Below are positions 48,885-57,525 of a DNA stretch of 64,000 nt, piece after piece (the first letter of the stretch is position 1; every line of letters begins with the position of its first letter). Made by a program: the position numbers and the translations under genes. Source of the stretch: Candidatus Eiseniibacteriota bacterium. GTDB lineage: Bacteria > Eisenbacteria > RBG-16-71-46. The notes beneath the pieces are model-generated. The model ran no database searches. It saw only the letters and a list, made by a program, of their open reading frames with translations, and was not told where the DNA came from. The stretch spans positions 320,001-384,000 of the forward strand of contig JBGAML010000001.1 in assembly GCA_044223005.1 (NCBI GenBank), given 5' to 3'.

Positions 48885-50258
48885 ATGCAGGTCAAAGGCG
48901 GCCGGCTCGAACTCCTGGTGCCCCACATGCTCCGCAGCCAGCTGCTGCGGCCGGGGTTCGTGCGCATGAGCCTGCGACTGGGCGCCGCCCGCCAGATGCC
49001 GGCCTGGGCCAAGCTCCAGTTCACGAGCCACGGCATCGGCCCCGAGGACCTGGACCACGTGCTCGGCCGCGTCGACGGCCTCGAGTCCTGGGCCGCCGAG
49101 TGGGAAGCCATGGGCAAGGCGCACGAGGCGCGCGGCCACGACGCCCTGACCTGGGGCCGTCCCGCCGAGGCCGCCCGTCGCTTCCTGACCGCGTCGGCCG
49201 CCTACAACTTCGCCCAGTACGTCATCTTCCTGGACCCGGCCCGCAAGCGCGAGCTGCACCAGTCCTGCGTCCGCGCCTACGCGCTCGCCGCGCCGCACTT
49301 CGAGGTGCCGGCGGTCCCGTTCGAGGCGCCGTTCCGCAACCGGCAGATCCGCGGCTACCTGCGCGTGCCGCCGGGCGACGGCCCGCGGCCCGTGGTCGTG
49401 ATCTTCAACGGCACGAACGCCGTGAAGGAAGAGCTGCACTGGTGGTCGGAATCGCTGGTCGCCCGCGGCATCGCCACGATCACGTTCGACGGCCCCGGGC
49501 TCGGCGAGACCTTCCACCGCCTGAGCTACGTCGCCGAGCCGCGCCCCGTGGGCGTGGCGATCGTGAACCACATCGAGAGCATTCCCGAGCTGGACCCCGA
49601 TGCGATCGCGTTCATGGGCCTCTCGCTCGGCGGCTACTGCGCGATCCGCATGACCGCCCACGACCCGCGCGTGCGCGCGGTCGCCGCGGTGAGCCCGCCG
49701 TATTCGGCCGACGTCTACTGGAACGTCACGCTCTACTCCATGCGGCGCGAGCTGGCGGCGCTCTACGACATGCCGATCGAGGAGATGGACCGCCACATCC
49801 CGCGCATCACGCTGGCCGACTCGCTGCCCAAGCTCGACCGGCCGCTCATGATCGCGGGCGGCGGCCACGACATGATCACGCCCGGCGACGAGGCGTTCCG
49901 GATCTTCGAGACCGCGCGCTGCGAGCGCGAGCTGGTCTTCTACCCGCGCGGCGCCCACGACTGCTTCAACGTGCTCGGCGACCTGCGCCCGCGCATGGTG
50001 ACGTGGTTCGCGCGCCAGCTCGGCAAGCACCGCACCGGTCTCGTGCCGCGGCCGCGCCGCGCCACGCCGCCGCCGCGGGACCCGTACTGGGTCGCCGCCG
50101 AGGCCGTGGATCCCGACTTCGCCGACGAACTGCGCGGCGAACCGAACGGCGTCGAGTGGCACGCGCCCGTCGAGCCACAGAGCCTGGGCGCGCTCTTCCG
50201 CTGGCCATGGGCAGTGGAGAAGAGCCTGCAGGTGGTGCACAAGGCGGTGATGGCGTAG
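48885..50258 (+). CDS. alpha/beta hydrolase (FrsA / dihydroxy-pseudooxynicotine hydrolase-like)
   Basis: GYLRVP, KEE, FDGPGLGE, GLSLGG, GAHDC. Confidence 0.85.
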   Translation: MQVKGGRLELLVPHMLRSQLLRPGFVRMSLRLGAARQMPAWAKLQFTSHGIGPEDLDHVLGRVDGLESWAAEWEAMGKAHEARGHDALTWGRPAEAARRFLTASAAYNFAQYVIFLDPARKRELHQSCVRAYALAAPHFEVPAVPFEAPFRNRQIRGYLRVPPGDGPRPVVVIFNGTNAVKEELHWWSESLVARGIATITFDGPGLGETFHRLSYVAEPRPVGVAIVNHIESIPELDPDAIAFMGLSLGGYCAIRMTAHDPRVRAVAAVSPPYSADVYWNVTLYSMRRELAALYDMPIEEMDRHIPRITLADSLPKLDRPLMIAGGGHDMITPGDEAFRIFETARCERELVFYPRGAHDCFNVLGDLRPRMVTWFARQLGKHRTGLVPRPRRATPPPRDPYWVAAEAVDPDFADELRGEPNGVEWHAPVEPQSLGALFRWPWAVEKSLQVVHKAVMA

Positions 50259-50272
50259 GCGGCGCGCGGGGT

Positions 50273-50424
50273 GCGGTCGACCGGATCGCCGCGACCGCTT
50301 GACCATTGCCACATAGGACAGGATCCGGAGCACGTCCTATATGGCAATGGTCAAGTGCAGTCGAGACACACGGGGCGCGCGTCGCGAACGACGCGCGCCC
50401 CGTGTGCGTTTCGGCGCCCCTGCG
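50273..50424. repeat. composite repeat unit A: small hairpin + 56-bp palindrome (50299-50354) + 18-bp-stem hairpin (50367-50406)
   Basis: Colinear direct repeat of 51642-51791. Confidence 0.92.
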
Positions 50425-50448
50425 AGTGAAGACACGACGGCCGGAGGA

Positions 50449-51420
50449 TCACCGGTAGAGCGACTTGAGCTGGCCCCAGGTTCGCGTCCGCGTTGGCGTG
50501 GAGGGACGGCCGAATTCTTGAATGCGAGCGTTTCCGAACTCGCAAACATAGACGTTCCCGACGTCGCTGAGCGTCACGGCGAGCGGCGAGATGAACTGTC
50601 CATCACCGCTCCCGTAACCGCCCCACTCCTCGAGGAAGGTCCCGGTCGACGTAAAGACCTCAACCACATTGCGCATGACATCGACGACATAGACATTGCT
50701 GTTGACATCAACGTCAATGCCTCGAGGATCTTCGAACATTCCCGGCTCCACACCAAATTGGCCGAATGACAACAGGAATGAGCCGTCTGGCGCGAACACC
50801 TTGACCCGCTGGTGATCCGAGTCGGCCACGTATACCTTTCGATCGCCCGCCACGGCGAGGCCATACGGCGAACTCAGCTGCCCGGCCCCGAGAGCGCTAC
50901 CCCATTGACGGAGGAACGTGCCGCCCTGGGTGAACGCTTCAATGCGGTTATTCGCGACATCGGAGACAAGCACCACGCTGTCTCCATCAACCGCCACGGA
51001 AGTCGGCGCGCCGAACTCACCTGCGCCAGCGCCTCTAGTTCCCCACTCCAGGAGGTAGTCGCCAGCGGAAGTGAATTTCTGGATGCGGTAGTTCTCCGCG
51101 TCCGAAACGTAAACGCTTCCTGCGGCATCCACGGCAATGCTGGATGGATAGCTGAACTGTCCAGGCCCAACCCCGCTCGAGCCCCACGCTCGGAGGAAGG
51201 CCCCCGTTGGGCCAAAGACCTGAACCCGTTGATTGTAAGTGTCGGCAACGTAGACGTTGCCGTCTGGCCCAACGGCGACATCCTGTGCTGGTCCAAATTG
51301 TCCAACGGCGCTTCCGTAGGAGCCCCACTTGGTCAGCAGCTGCGGTGGTGCGCCTTCGACTCGAAAAGCACCCAATCCCAAAGCCAGGCTCGCGAGAACC
51401 ACCCCGAGCATGAAGCGCAT
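50449..51420 (-). CDS. secreted NHL-repeat protein with C-terminal TWGQLKSLYR tail
   Basis: GGAGGAG RBS, signal peptide MRFMLGVVL, six NHL repeats; AT-richer than flanks. Confidence 0.9.
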   Translation of the reverse strand: MRFMLGVVLASLALGLGAFRVEGAPPQLLTKWGSYGSAVGQFGPAQDVAVGPDGNVYVADTYNQRVQVFGPTGAFLRAWGSSGVGPGQFSYPSSIAVDAAGSVYVSDAENYRIQKFTSAGDYLLEWGTRGAGAGEFGAPTSVAVDGDSVVLVSDVANNRIEAFTQGGTFLRQWGSALGAGQLSSPYGLAVAGDRKVYVADSDHQRVKVFAPDGSFLLSFGQFGVEPGMFEDPRGIDVDVNSNVYVVDVMRNVVEVFTSTGTFLEEWGGYGSGDGQFISPLAVTLSDVGNVYVCEFGNARIQEFGRPSTPTRTRTWGQLKSLYR

Positions 51421-51641
51421 TTGCTCCTCCACGTGGGCAATGCAGGCGTCAGCCCCTCGAATCGAACGGGGTTGCACCGGCGCACGTCGCGTCGATCTCC
51501 TTCGCGCCCGTCGGGGACGCCGCCGCATGCGTGGGATTGTACAAGCACGAGTTGGATACGAGTGCGCCGCTTCAATTTTCGAAGACCAGCATCGCGGTCT
51601 GATGGACCGAAGCCGTGACCTCGAGCGACTCGAAACGACTC

Positions 51642-51791
51642 GCGGTCGACCCGATCGCCGTGACCGCTTGACCATTGCCGGATAGGACCGGATCCGGATC
51701 CGGTCCTATCCGGCAATGGTCAAGTGCAGGCGAGACACACCGGGCGCGCGTCGTTCGCGACGCGCGCCCCGTGTGCGTCTTCGCCCCTGCG
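51642..51791. repeat. composite repeat unit B, containing a perfect 58-bp palindrome (51667-51724)
   Basis: CTTGACCATTGCCGGATAGGACCGGATCC|GGATCCGGTCCTATCCGGCAATGGTCAAG. Confidence 0.95.
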
Positions 51792-51896
51792 GGAGCACGC
51801 GCAGCGGCCGACGCTGGCGCTCGTGCTAGCCTTTGCGGGTGCGCGCCCGCGCACCCCCCGCGGGGCGCGCGCGTCCCGCCGCTCCCGGAGGCCGTC

Positions 51897-54383
51897 ATGC
51901 GCCGCGTCGCGCGCGCCCTGTCCAACAGCCTGCTCGTACTCTCGCTCGCCGCTCCGCTCGCCTTCGCCGCGTCCGCGGACGGCGTGATCGACACCAGCCA
52001 CGTGAGCCACGTGGCGTGGCAGGATCGCCGGCCGCTCTGCCCCGTGGACGGGCAGTCGTTCACGGTGAGCCTGCGCGCGCTGCGCAACGACCTGACCGGC
52101 GTGCGTGTGCACGTGTACGACGGCGCGTGGTCGTGGATCGACGCGCAGCGTGCCGGCACGTTCGGTCCGTACGACGTCTGGCAGGCGACCGTGCCGGCCA
52201 CGGCGAGTTCGCAGCTCCGGTACGACTTCCGGGTGCAGGACGGCGCGGCGCTCGCCTGGGTCGACGCGCCGGGCGGAAACGCCGGCTCCGGGGGCGACTC
52301 GTCCGGCTTCTTCGTCGTGGACTACACCACGCTCTCGCACGCGCCCTACGGCGCGACGCTGCTGCCGTCGGGCGGCGCGGTCTTCAAGGTCTGGGCGCCG
52401 CACGCCCCGAGCGCGTGGGTGCGCGGTGAGTTCAACAGCTGGGGCCAGACGGCGATGACGCGCGTCGGCGAGGACTTCGTCGCGCGCGTGCCGGTCGCGT
52501 TCGCGAACCAGCAGTACAAGTACTTCTTCGGCCCCAACGGCTGGTGGGCGCCCGACGCGCGCGGACGCGTGCTCGACCCGGCGAACAACTACTGGAACTC
52601 GCGCCTCTCCGATCCCACGAGCTTCACGTGGACGGACTCGGCGTGGCAGCGGCCCGCGCTGTCGCAGATGGTGATCTACCAGCTCAACGTGGGCACCTTC
52701 TGCGGCCGCAACGACCCGCACGGCGCGACGCCGTTCCCGTCGCGGTTCGTCGACGTCGCCGCGCGCGCCCACGAACTGGCCGCGCTGGGCGTCAACGCGG
52801 TGATGCTGAACCCGGTCACGTCGACGCCGTCGGAGACCTACGCCGGCTACTCGACGCTCACGCCGTGGTCGCCGCAGTTCGAGTACGGCTCGCCGGACGA
52901 CTTCCGCACGCTGGTGAACGCGTTCCACCACGAGGGCATCGCGGTGCTCTGCGACATCGTGTGGAACCACGTGGATCCGTACGTCAACGTGCTCTGGAAC
53001 TACGACGACACGCCCGAGTACTTCGAGAACCCCGCGACACAGACGCCGTGGGGACCGCAGCCCGCGTTCGGCCGGGCAGGCGTGGACGACTACTTCGCCG
53101 CCAGCGCGCTGCACTGGCTCGAGGAATATCACGTGGACGGCTTCCGCATGGACGCGGTGGCGTACATGAACATCGATCCGCACGCGCCGCAGGGCTGGGC
53201 GCTCATGCAGCGCTTCAACACCGAGGTCGAGCGGCGCGCCGCGGGCGCGGTGCGGATCGCCGAGGAGTTCCCGATCGTCGGCGGAGTCGTGCAGCCGGTC
53301 GCGGTGGACGGCGCCGGGTTCGACGCGCAGTACAACGGAGACTACGAGAGCTACCTGCGCTATGCGTTACCGCAGGCGAGCGGCTTCTGGTACTACGGCT
53401 ACTTTCCGCCGCTGCTCGCCTCGCCGTGGCCGGGGCTCACGAACGCGCGCCAGTCGTTCAACTACTTCGAGCTTCACGACAACGCGTGGGACTCGAATGG
53501 CCATCACCGGTTCGTGAGGGACCTCGCCCCGACGCCGGGCGTCGTCGGGGACTCCGCGCGGGCGAGGCTGGCCGTCGCGGTCGGCACGCTGCTCACGACG
53601 CCGGGCGTACCCGCGCTGTTGATGGGCGACGAGTGGGCCGACACGACGAGCTGGGGCACCACGGCCGCGAACCGCATCGACTGGGCGGCCCGCACCGCGA
53701 ACGCCGGCTACTACGCGCTGGTGCGCGATCTGGTCGCACTGCGCACGCGGCTGCCGGCGCTGGCGGCCGATGCGCCTTGCATCCCGACGCACGCCAACTA
53801 CGGCGACGGCGTGTTCGGCTGGATGCGCACCGACGCCGACGGGCGGATCTACCTCGTGATCGCCAACCTCGGCGACTCGAGCTTTCCCTCGTACCTGATC
53901 GGCGCTCCGACCGGCGGCGGCTGGGTCGAACGCTTCAACTCGCAGCGGCTGGGCTACGGCGGCACGGGGCTCACCAACCCCGGCGTACTCGCGGCGGCCG
54001 CGCACGCGCAGGACGGCTACTCGCACCGGCTGGATGTGAAGCTCCCGCGCACGTGCGTCGTGATGTTCGAAGCGTTGAACGCCGCGGAAGTCGAGTACGC
54101 GCCGACGGCGCCCGGCATTGCCCGGGTGTGGCCGAATCCCGCGCGCGGCGCCGCGCAGGTGGAGTTCGGCCTCGCGGCTCCCGGCGAAGTGGCGCTCGAG
54201 GTGCTCGACCTGCAGGGGCGGCGCGTCGCGACGCTGCTCCGCGGTACGCGTCCCGCGGGCACGGCGCGGGCGAGTTGGGACGGCCGCGGCGACGACGGCC
54301 GCCGCGCCGCGCCGGGGCTCTACCTGCTGCGGCTGCGCACGCCGGCCGGCGAGGCGACCAAGCGCCTCGCGTGGCTGCGGTAG
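51897..54383 (+). CDS. secreted GH13 alpha-glucan enzyme (branching enzyme/TreZ-like) with C-terminal FlgD-Ig-like domain
   Basis: Signal peptide; FKVWAPHA...GEFNSW CBM48; DIVWNH, GFRMDAV, AEE, LHDN catalytic motifs; WPNPAR...WDGRGDDG...PGLYLLRL tail. Confidence 0.87.
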   Translation: MRRVARALSNSLLVLSLAAPLAFAASADGVIDTSHVSHVAWQDRRPLCPVDGQSFTVSLRALRNDLTGVRVHVYDGAWSWIDAQRAGTFGPYDVWQATVPATASSQLRYDFRVQDGAALAWVDAPGGNAGSGGDSSGFFVVDYTTLSHAPYGATLLPSGGAVFKVWAPHAPSAWVRGEFNSWGQTAMTRVGEDFVARVPVAFANQQYKYFFGPNGWWAPDARGRVLDPANNYWNSRLSDPTSFTWTDSAWQRPALSQMVIYQLNVGTFCGRNDPHGATPFPSRFVDVAARAHELAALGVNAVMLNPVTSTPSETYAGYSTLTPWSPQFEYGSPDDFRTLVNAFHHEGIAVLCDIVWNHVDPYVNVLWNYDDTPEYFENPATQTPWGPQPAFGRAGVDDYFAASALHWLEEYHVDGFRMDAVAYMNIDPHAPQGWALMQRFNTEVERRAAGAVRIAEEFPIVGGVVQPVAVDGAGFDAQYNGDYESYLRYALPQASGFWYYGYFPPLLASPWPGLTNARQSFNYFELHDNAWDSNGHHRFVRDLAPTPGVVGDSARARLAVAVGTLLTTPGVPALLMGDEWADTTSWGTTAANRIDWAARTANAGYYALVRDLVALRTRLPALAADAPCIPTHANYGDGVFGWMRTDADGRIYLVIANLGDSSFPSYLIGAPTGGGWVERFNSQRLGYGGTGLTNPGVLAAAAHAQDGYSHRLDVKLPRTCVVMFEALNAAEVEYAPTAPGIARVWPNPARGAAQVEFGLAAPGEVALEVLDLQGRRVATLLRGTRPAGTARASWDGRGDDGRRAAPGLYLLRLRTPAGEATKRLAWLR

Positions 54384-54403
54384 GCGCGGCCGCTCGGAAA
54401 CGC

Positions 54404-54453
54404 CACGGGGCGCGCGTCGCGAACGACGCGCGCCCCGTGTGCGTTTCGGCGCC
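54404..54453. repeat. terminator-like hairpin, exact 50-bp copy of 50369-50418
   Basis: CACGGGGCGCGCGTCGCGAACGACGCGCGCCCCGTGTGCGTTTCGGCGCC in both places. Confidence 0.93.
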
Positions 54454-55188
54454 TCAGGTCCGCTTCACGCGGCCCGGCTCGGCGGCGCGGGCGATGTGCT
54501 TGTTCTGGTACATCCGGTTGTCGGCCTCGGTGATCAGCTCGCCGGCCGACATGGCGCCGTCCCATTCGACTACGCCGGTGGAGAGGCGCGACTCGAACGG
54601 CGAGCGGGCGAGGAAGCCGTGCTGGATGCGGCGCGCGAGCACCTCGGCGCCGGCGCGGGTGGCGAACACGATCAGCACGAACTCGTCACCGCCGACGCGA
54701 TAGCCGGTGTCGGTACCGTCGCGCGAACACGAGCGCGTCACGTTGCCGACGACGCGCAGCGTCTCGTCGCCCGCAGCGTGCCCGTAGCGGTCGTTGACGA
54801 TCTTCAGGTCGTCCACGTCCATGAAGAGCAGCGAGAGCGGATGGTCCAGGCGGCGCGAGCGGAGCATCGCCTTGGAGAGCTCGCGCTCGAGCCCGCGGCG
54901 GTTGCCGAGCCCGGTCAGCGGATCGGTGAGCGTGAGCGCCTCGAGGTCGGCGAGATGCTGCGCGGCGGCGGCGCGTTCGCGGCGGAGCAGCACCAGGACC
55001 CAGATCCCGAAGCCGATCGCGAACGCCGACGTGAACGCCAGCGTCCAGAGCTCGCCCGAGGTGAAATCGAACGAGCCTTCGCCGATCCGCGACGCCAGCC
55101 ACGGCAGCACAGCGAGGACCAGCGCGCCGACGATCAGGGCGGCGCGCGGTTCGCGGGTGCGGGCAGGTGCAGGTTCGGGATGGCTCAT
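54454..55188 (-). CDS. membrane-bound diguanylate cyclase (GGDEF)
   Basis: Two TM helices; DPLTGLGNRR, DVDDLKIVNDRYGHAAGD, RVGGDEF. Confidence 0.93.
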   Translation of the reverse strand: MSHPEPAPARTREPRAALIVGALVLAVLPWLASRIGEGSFDFTSGELWTLAFTSAFAIGFGIWVLVLLRRERAAAAQHLADLEALTLTDPLTGLGNRRGLERELSKAMLRSRRLDHPLSLLFMDVDDLKIVNDRYGHAAGDETLRVVGNVTRSCSRDGTDTGYRVGGDEFVLIVFATRAGAEVLARRIQHGFLARSPFESRLSTGVVEWDGAMSAGELITEADNRMYQNKHIARAAEPGRVKRT

Positions 55189-55460
55189 CGGATGGGCTCC
55201 TCGGGGGCACTCGTCCGAATGGGAATCGGCATGATGCGCGGGCGGTTTCACCCCGTAAAGCGGCCCCTCCCCGGCCGGGGTTGACGAATCTCGCCGGCCC
55301 GGGGCCGGCGGGCGCACCCGGGCGGCCGGATGGCGCATCCCGAGAGGGCGCCGGGAACGCCCGGGCGCCGCGTGTTTGGCCTCGCGAACGGTTCGCGCGA
55401 CCTGCTAGCTTGCTCCCGATTTCACACCCTTTCGGCCGCGCACCCTGACCCGGAGCAGCC

Positions 55461-55910
55461 ATGCCCGAAGTGACGTCCGACGTGCGGGTCCGCCCGCTCG
55501 ACGAGCTGGATCTCGACGGCATCGTCCGCATCGACGAGAAGATCACCGGCAAGTACCAGCCCGACGTGTGGGAGAAGCGCGTCATGTTCTACATCCGGCG
55601 CGACCCCGGCGCGTCGCAGGTCGCCGAATCGGGCGGCAAGGTCGTCGGCTTCATGCTCGGCGACTGCCGCGCCGGCGAGTTCGGCCTCGAACAGCCCAGC
55701 GGCTGGATCGAGCGCTTCGGGATCGATCCCGATTTCCGCGGCAAGGAACTCGGCCGGCGGATGTTCGACGCCATCTGCGAGCACTTCAAGTCCGAGGGCG
55801 CCACGAGCGTCCGCACCCTGGTCGATCGCCGCGAGGAAGGCCTGACGGGCTTCCTCACCGCCGTCGGCTTCGGCGAATCCCCCCTCGTCGCGCTCGAGCG
55901 CACCCTCTAG
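55461..55910 (+). CDS. GNAT acetyltransferase (BadL-like type)
   Basis: DLDGIVRID, VAESGGKVVGFMLG...GEFG, GIDPDFRGKELG. Confidence 0.82.
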   Translation: MPEVTSDVRVRPLDELDLDGIVRIDEKITGKYQPDVWEKRVMFYIRRDPGASQVAESGGKVVGFMLGDCRAGEFGLEQPSGWIERFGIDPDFRGKELGRRMFDAICEHFKSEGATSVRTLVDRREEGLTGFLTAVGFGESPLVALERTL

Positions 55911-55923
55911 GAGAACGGCAGCC

Positions 55924-57267
55924 ATGGCGGTGAAGGTCGAGAACGTCGCGCTCGAGAAGAAGTACCACGACGCGGTCGAGCACTGGACGCGGCACAACTT
56001 CAAGGACTACCCGCTCCTGCTCAAGTACTGGGACAAGTACTTCCCCAAGGACGAGTCGTTCTGCCTCTGCGCCAAGATGGAGCTCGGCACCAGCGACACG
56101 ATCGGCGTCGGCGATTTCAAGGGCGAGAAGAAGCGCCTGAAGCCCGAGGAGCTGACCGAGGAGCAGGCGAAGCACCTGCTCGCGATCGTCCGCGCGCAGG
56201 CGTCGACCGAGTTCGGCTCGATCCAGCAGCATGCGGGCACGATCGACCGCGCGCACGACGACGAGGACAAGTTCTGGACCATGCGCGTGATGGCCGAGGA
56301 GCTCCGGCACGGCTACCAGATGCTGCACCTGCTGCTCTCCGAGGACTGGAGCAGCGTGTCGGGCGGCGTCTCGGGCGAGCAGATGGTCGAGGAGATCCTC
56401 TCCATGACCACGGGCAGCCACGTGCTCGACGCGTTCAACCTCGACTACGACTCGTACACGGACAACGTCGTGTTCGCGGCGTGCATCGACCGCGTCGGCA
56501 AGTACCAGCTCACCATGCAGAAGGTGTGCGCTTACAAGCCCATGGCCGACAGCATGCCGCCCATGCTGCGCGAGGAGGCGTTCCATCTCGCGGCCGGCGT
56601 GATCCCGATGCGGCGCTGGGCGCAGCGCGCCGCGCAGGGCGACGTGTTCATCACCATGAAGATGATGCAGCACGCGCTCAACAAGTGGATCCCGCGCGGG
56701 CTCGAGATGTTCGGCGACGAACGCGGCGGCGACACCAACGTGAAGTTCGGCTTCAAGGACATGAAGAACGACGAGGCGTCGTCGCAGTACCACGACGAGC
56801 TGGTCAAGATGGTGCGCGACATCAACGGCCGCTACCTGCGCGCCCGCTTCCCGTCGTACGCGCCGGACAAGATCGAGCAGGTGCTGTCCGACCTCGAGCG
56901 CTCGCGCGGCAAGCACGAGGGCGTCGCGTTCACGGACCTGCTGCGGGTGCCGGACAAGCGCTTCTTCCGCCGCAAGGGCGTCTACTCGTTCCAGATGGTC
57001 GGGATCGACGGCGAGACGTTCGAGGACGTGGAGGAGTACCTGCGCTACCTGGCCGGGAACCTGAACGAAGGCTACGTCGCGAGCCGCGACATGCGCCTGT
57101 ACGTCGAGGCGCTGCGCAAGGTGGCCGCGGGCGAGCTCTCGCGCGAGGACGCGGTGAAGTCGATGCCCAAGCTCAAGCGCGTCGGCGGCACGTGCCCGTG
57201 CAGCAAGGGCGTGCGCTGGGTGATGGAGGACACGGACGGCGGCCAGACCACCGTCGCGACGCGCTGA
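55924..57267 (+). CDS. ferritin-like diiron oxygenase subunit, BoxB/PaaA (aryl-CoA epoxidase) family, divergent
   Basis: QASTEFGS, EELRHG, AFN, DRVGKYQL, REEAFH, KWIPRGLEMFG. Confidence 0.8.
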   Translation: MAVKVENVALEKKYHDAVEHWTRHNFKDYPLLLKYWDKYFPKDESFCLCAKMELGTSDTIGVGDFKGEKKRLKPEELTEEQAKHLLAIVRAQASTEFGSIQQHAGTIDRAHDDEDKFWTMRVMAEELRHGYQMLHLLLSEDWSSVSGGVSGEQMVEEILSMTTGSHVLDAFNLDYDSYTDNVVFAACIDRVGKYQLTMQKVCAYKPMADSMPPMLREEAFHLAAGVIPMRRWAQRAAQGDVFITMKMMQHALNKWIPRGLEMFGDERGGDTNVKFGFKDMKNDEASSQYHDELVKMVRDINGRYLRARFPSYAPDKIEQVLSDLERSRGKHEGVAFTDLLRVPDKRFFRRKGVYSFQMVGIDGETFEDVEEYLRYLAGNLNEGYVASRDMRLYVEALRKVAAGELSREDAVKSMPKLKRVGGTCPCSKGVRWVMEDTDGGQTTVATR

Positions 57268-57284
57268 CGGCGGCCGGATCCACG

Positions 57285-57326
57285 CGAAGCGGCGCGGCCT
57301 CGAGGCCGCGCCGCTTCGTGCGTTTC
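57285..57326 (+). terminator. terminator-like perfect 34-bp palindrome with TGCGTTTC tail
   Basis: CGAAGCGGCGCGGCCTC|GAGGCCGCGCCGCTTCG after the stop codon. Confidence 0.75.
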
Positions 57327-57448
57327 GGGGGGCGCCCGGCGCGCCGCCCGCCGATCGGCGGCCCGAGATGCCCGCGATCGCGGGGGCTGCGGGCCGGGGT
57401 GAGGCGGGGGCTGCGGGCCGCCGATAACGAGCGAGGCGACCGCCCGTG

Positions 57449-57477
57449 GTGACAGCACGGGGGGCGCCGCCTAATAT
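57449..57477 (+). promoter_or_regulatory. putative sigma70 promoter of glgP
   Basis: GTGACA, 17 bp, TAATAT. Confidence 0.5.
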
Positions 57478-57525
57478 CCGCGCCGCCCCTGTTCGTCCCC
57501 CAGTCCCGTACGCACCGGAGCTGCA

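Noticed and set aside
32662..51420. Diversity-generating retroelement TR/VR pair between the two NHL 3' ends
   Set aside because: Near-identity covers only 33 nt, both copies are coding, differences are not adenine-specific, and there is no reverse transcriptase
51667..51724. True hairpin telomere or contig fold-back
   Set aside because: Symmetry stops after 29 bp per arm, unique genes continue on both sides, and two imperfect homologues exist
50273..54453. Classical integron cassette array
   Set aside because: Repeats lack the RYYYAAC/GTTRRRY attC ends, cargo genes are in opposite orientations with their own leaders, and no intI is present
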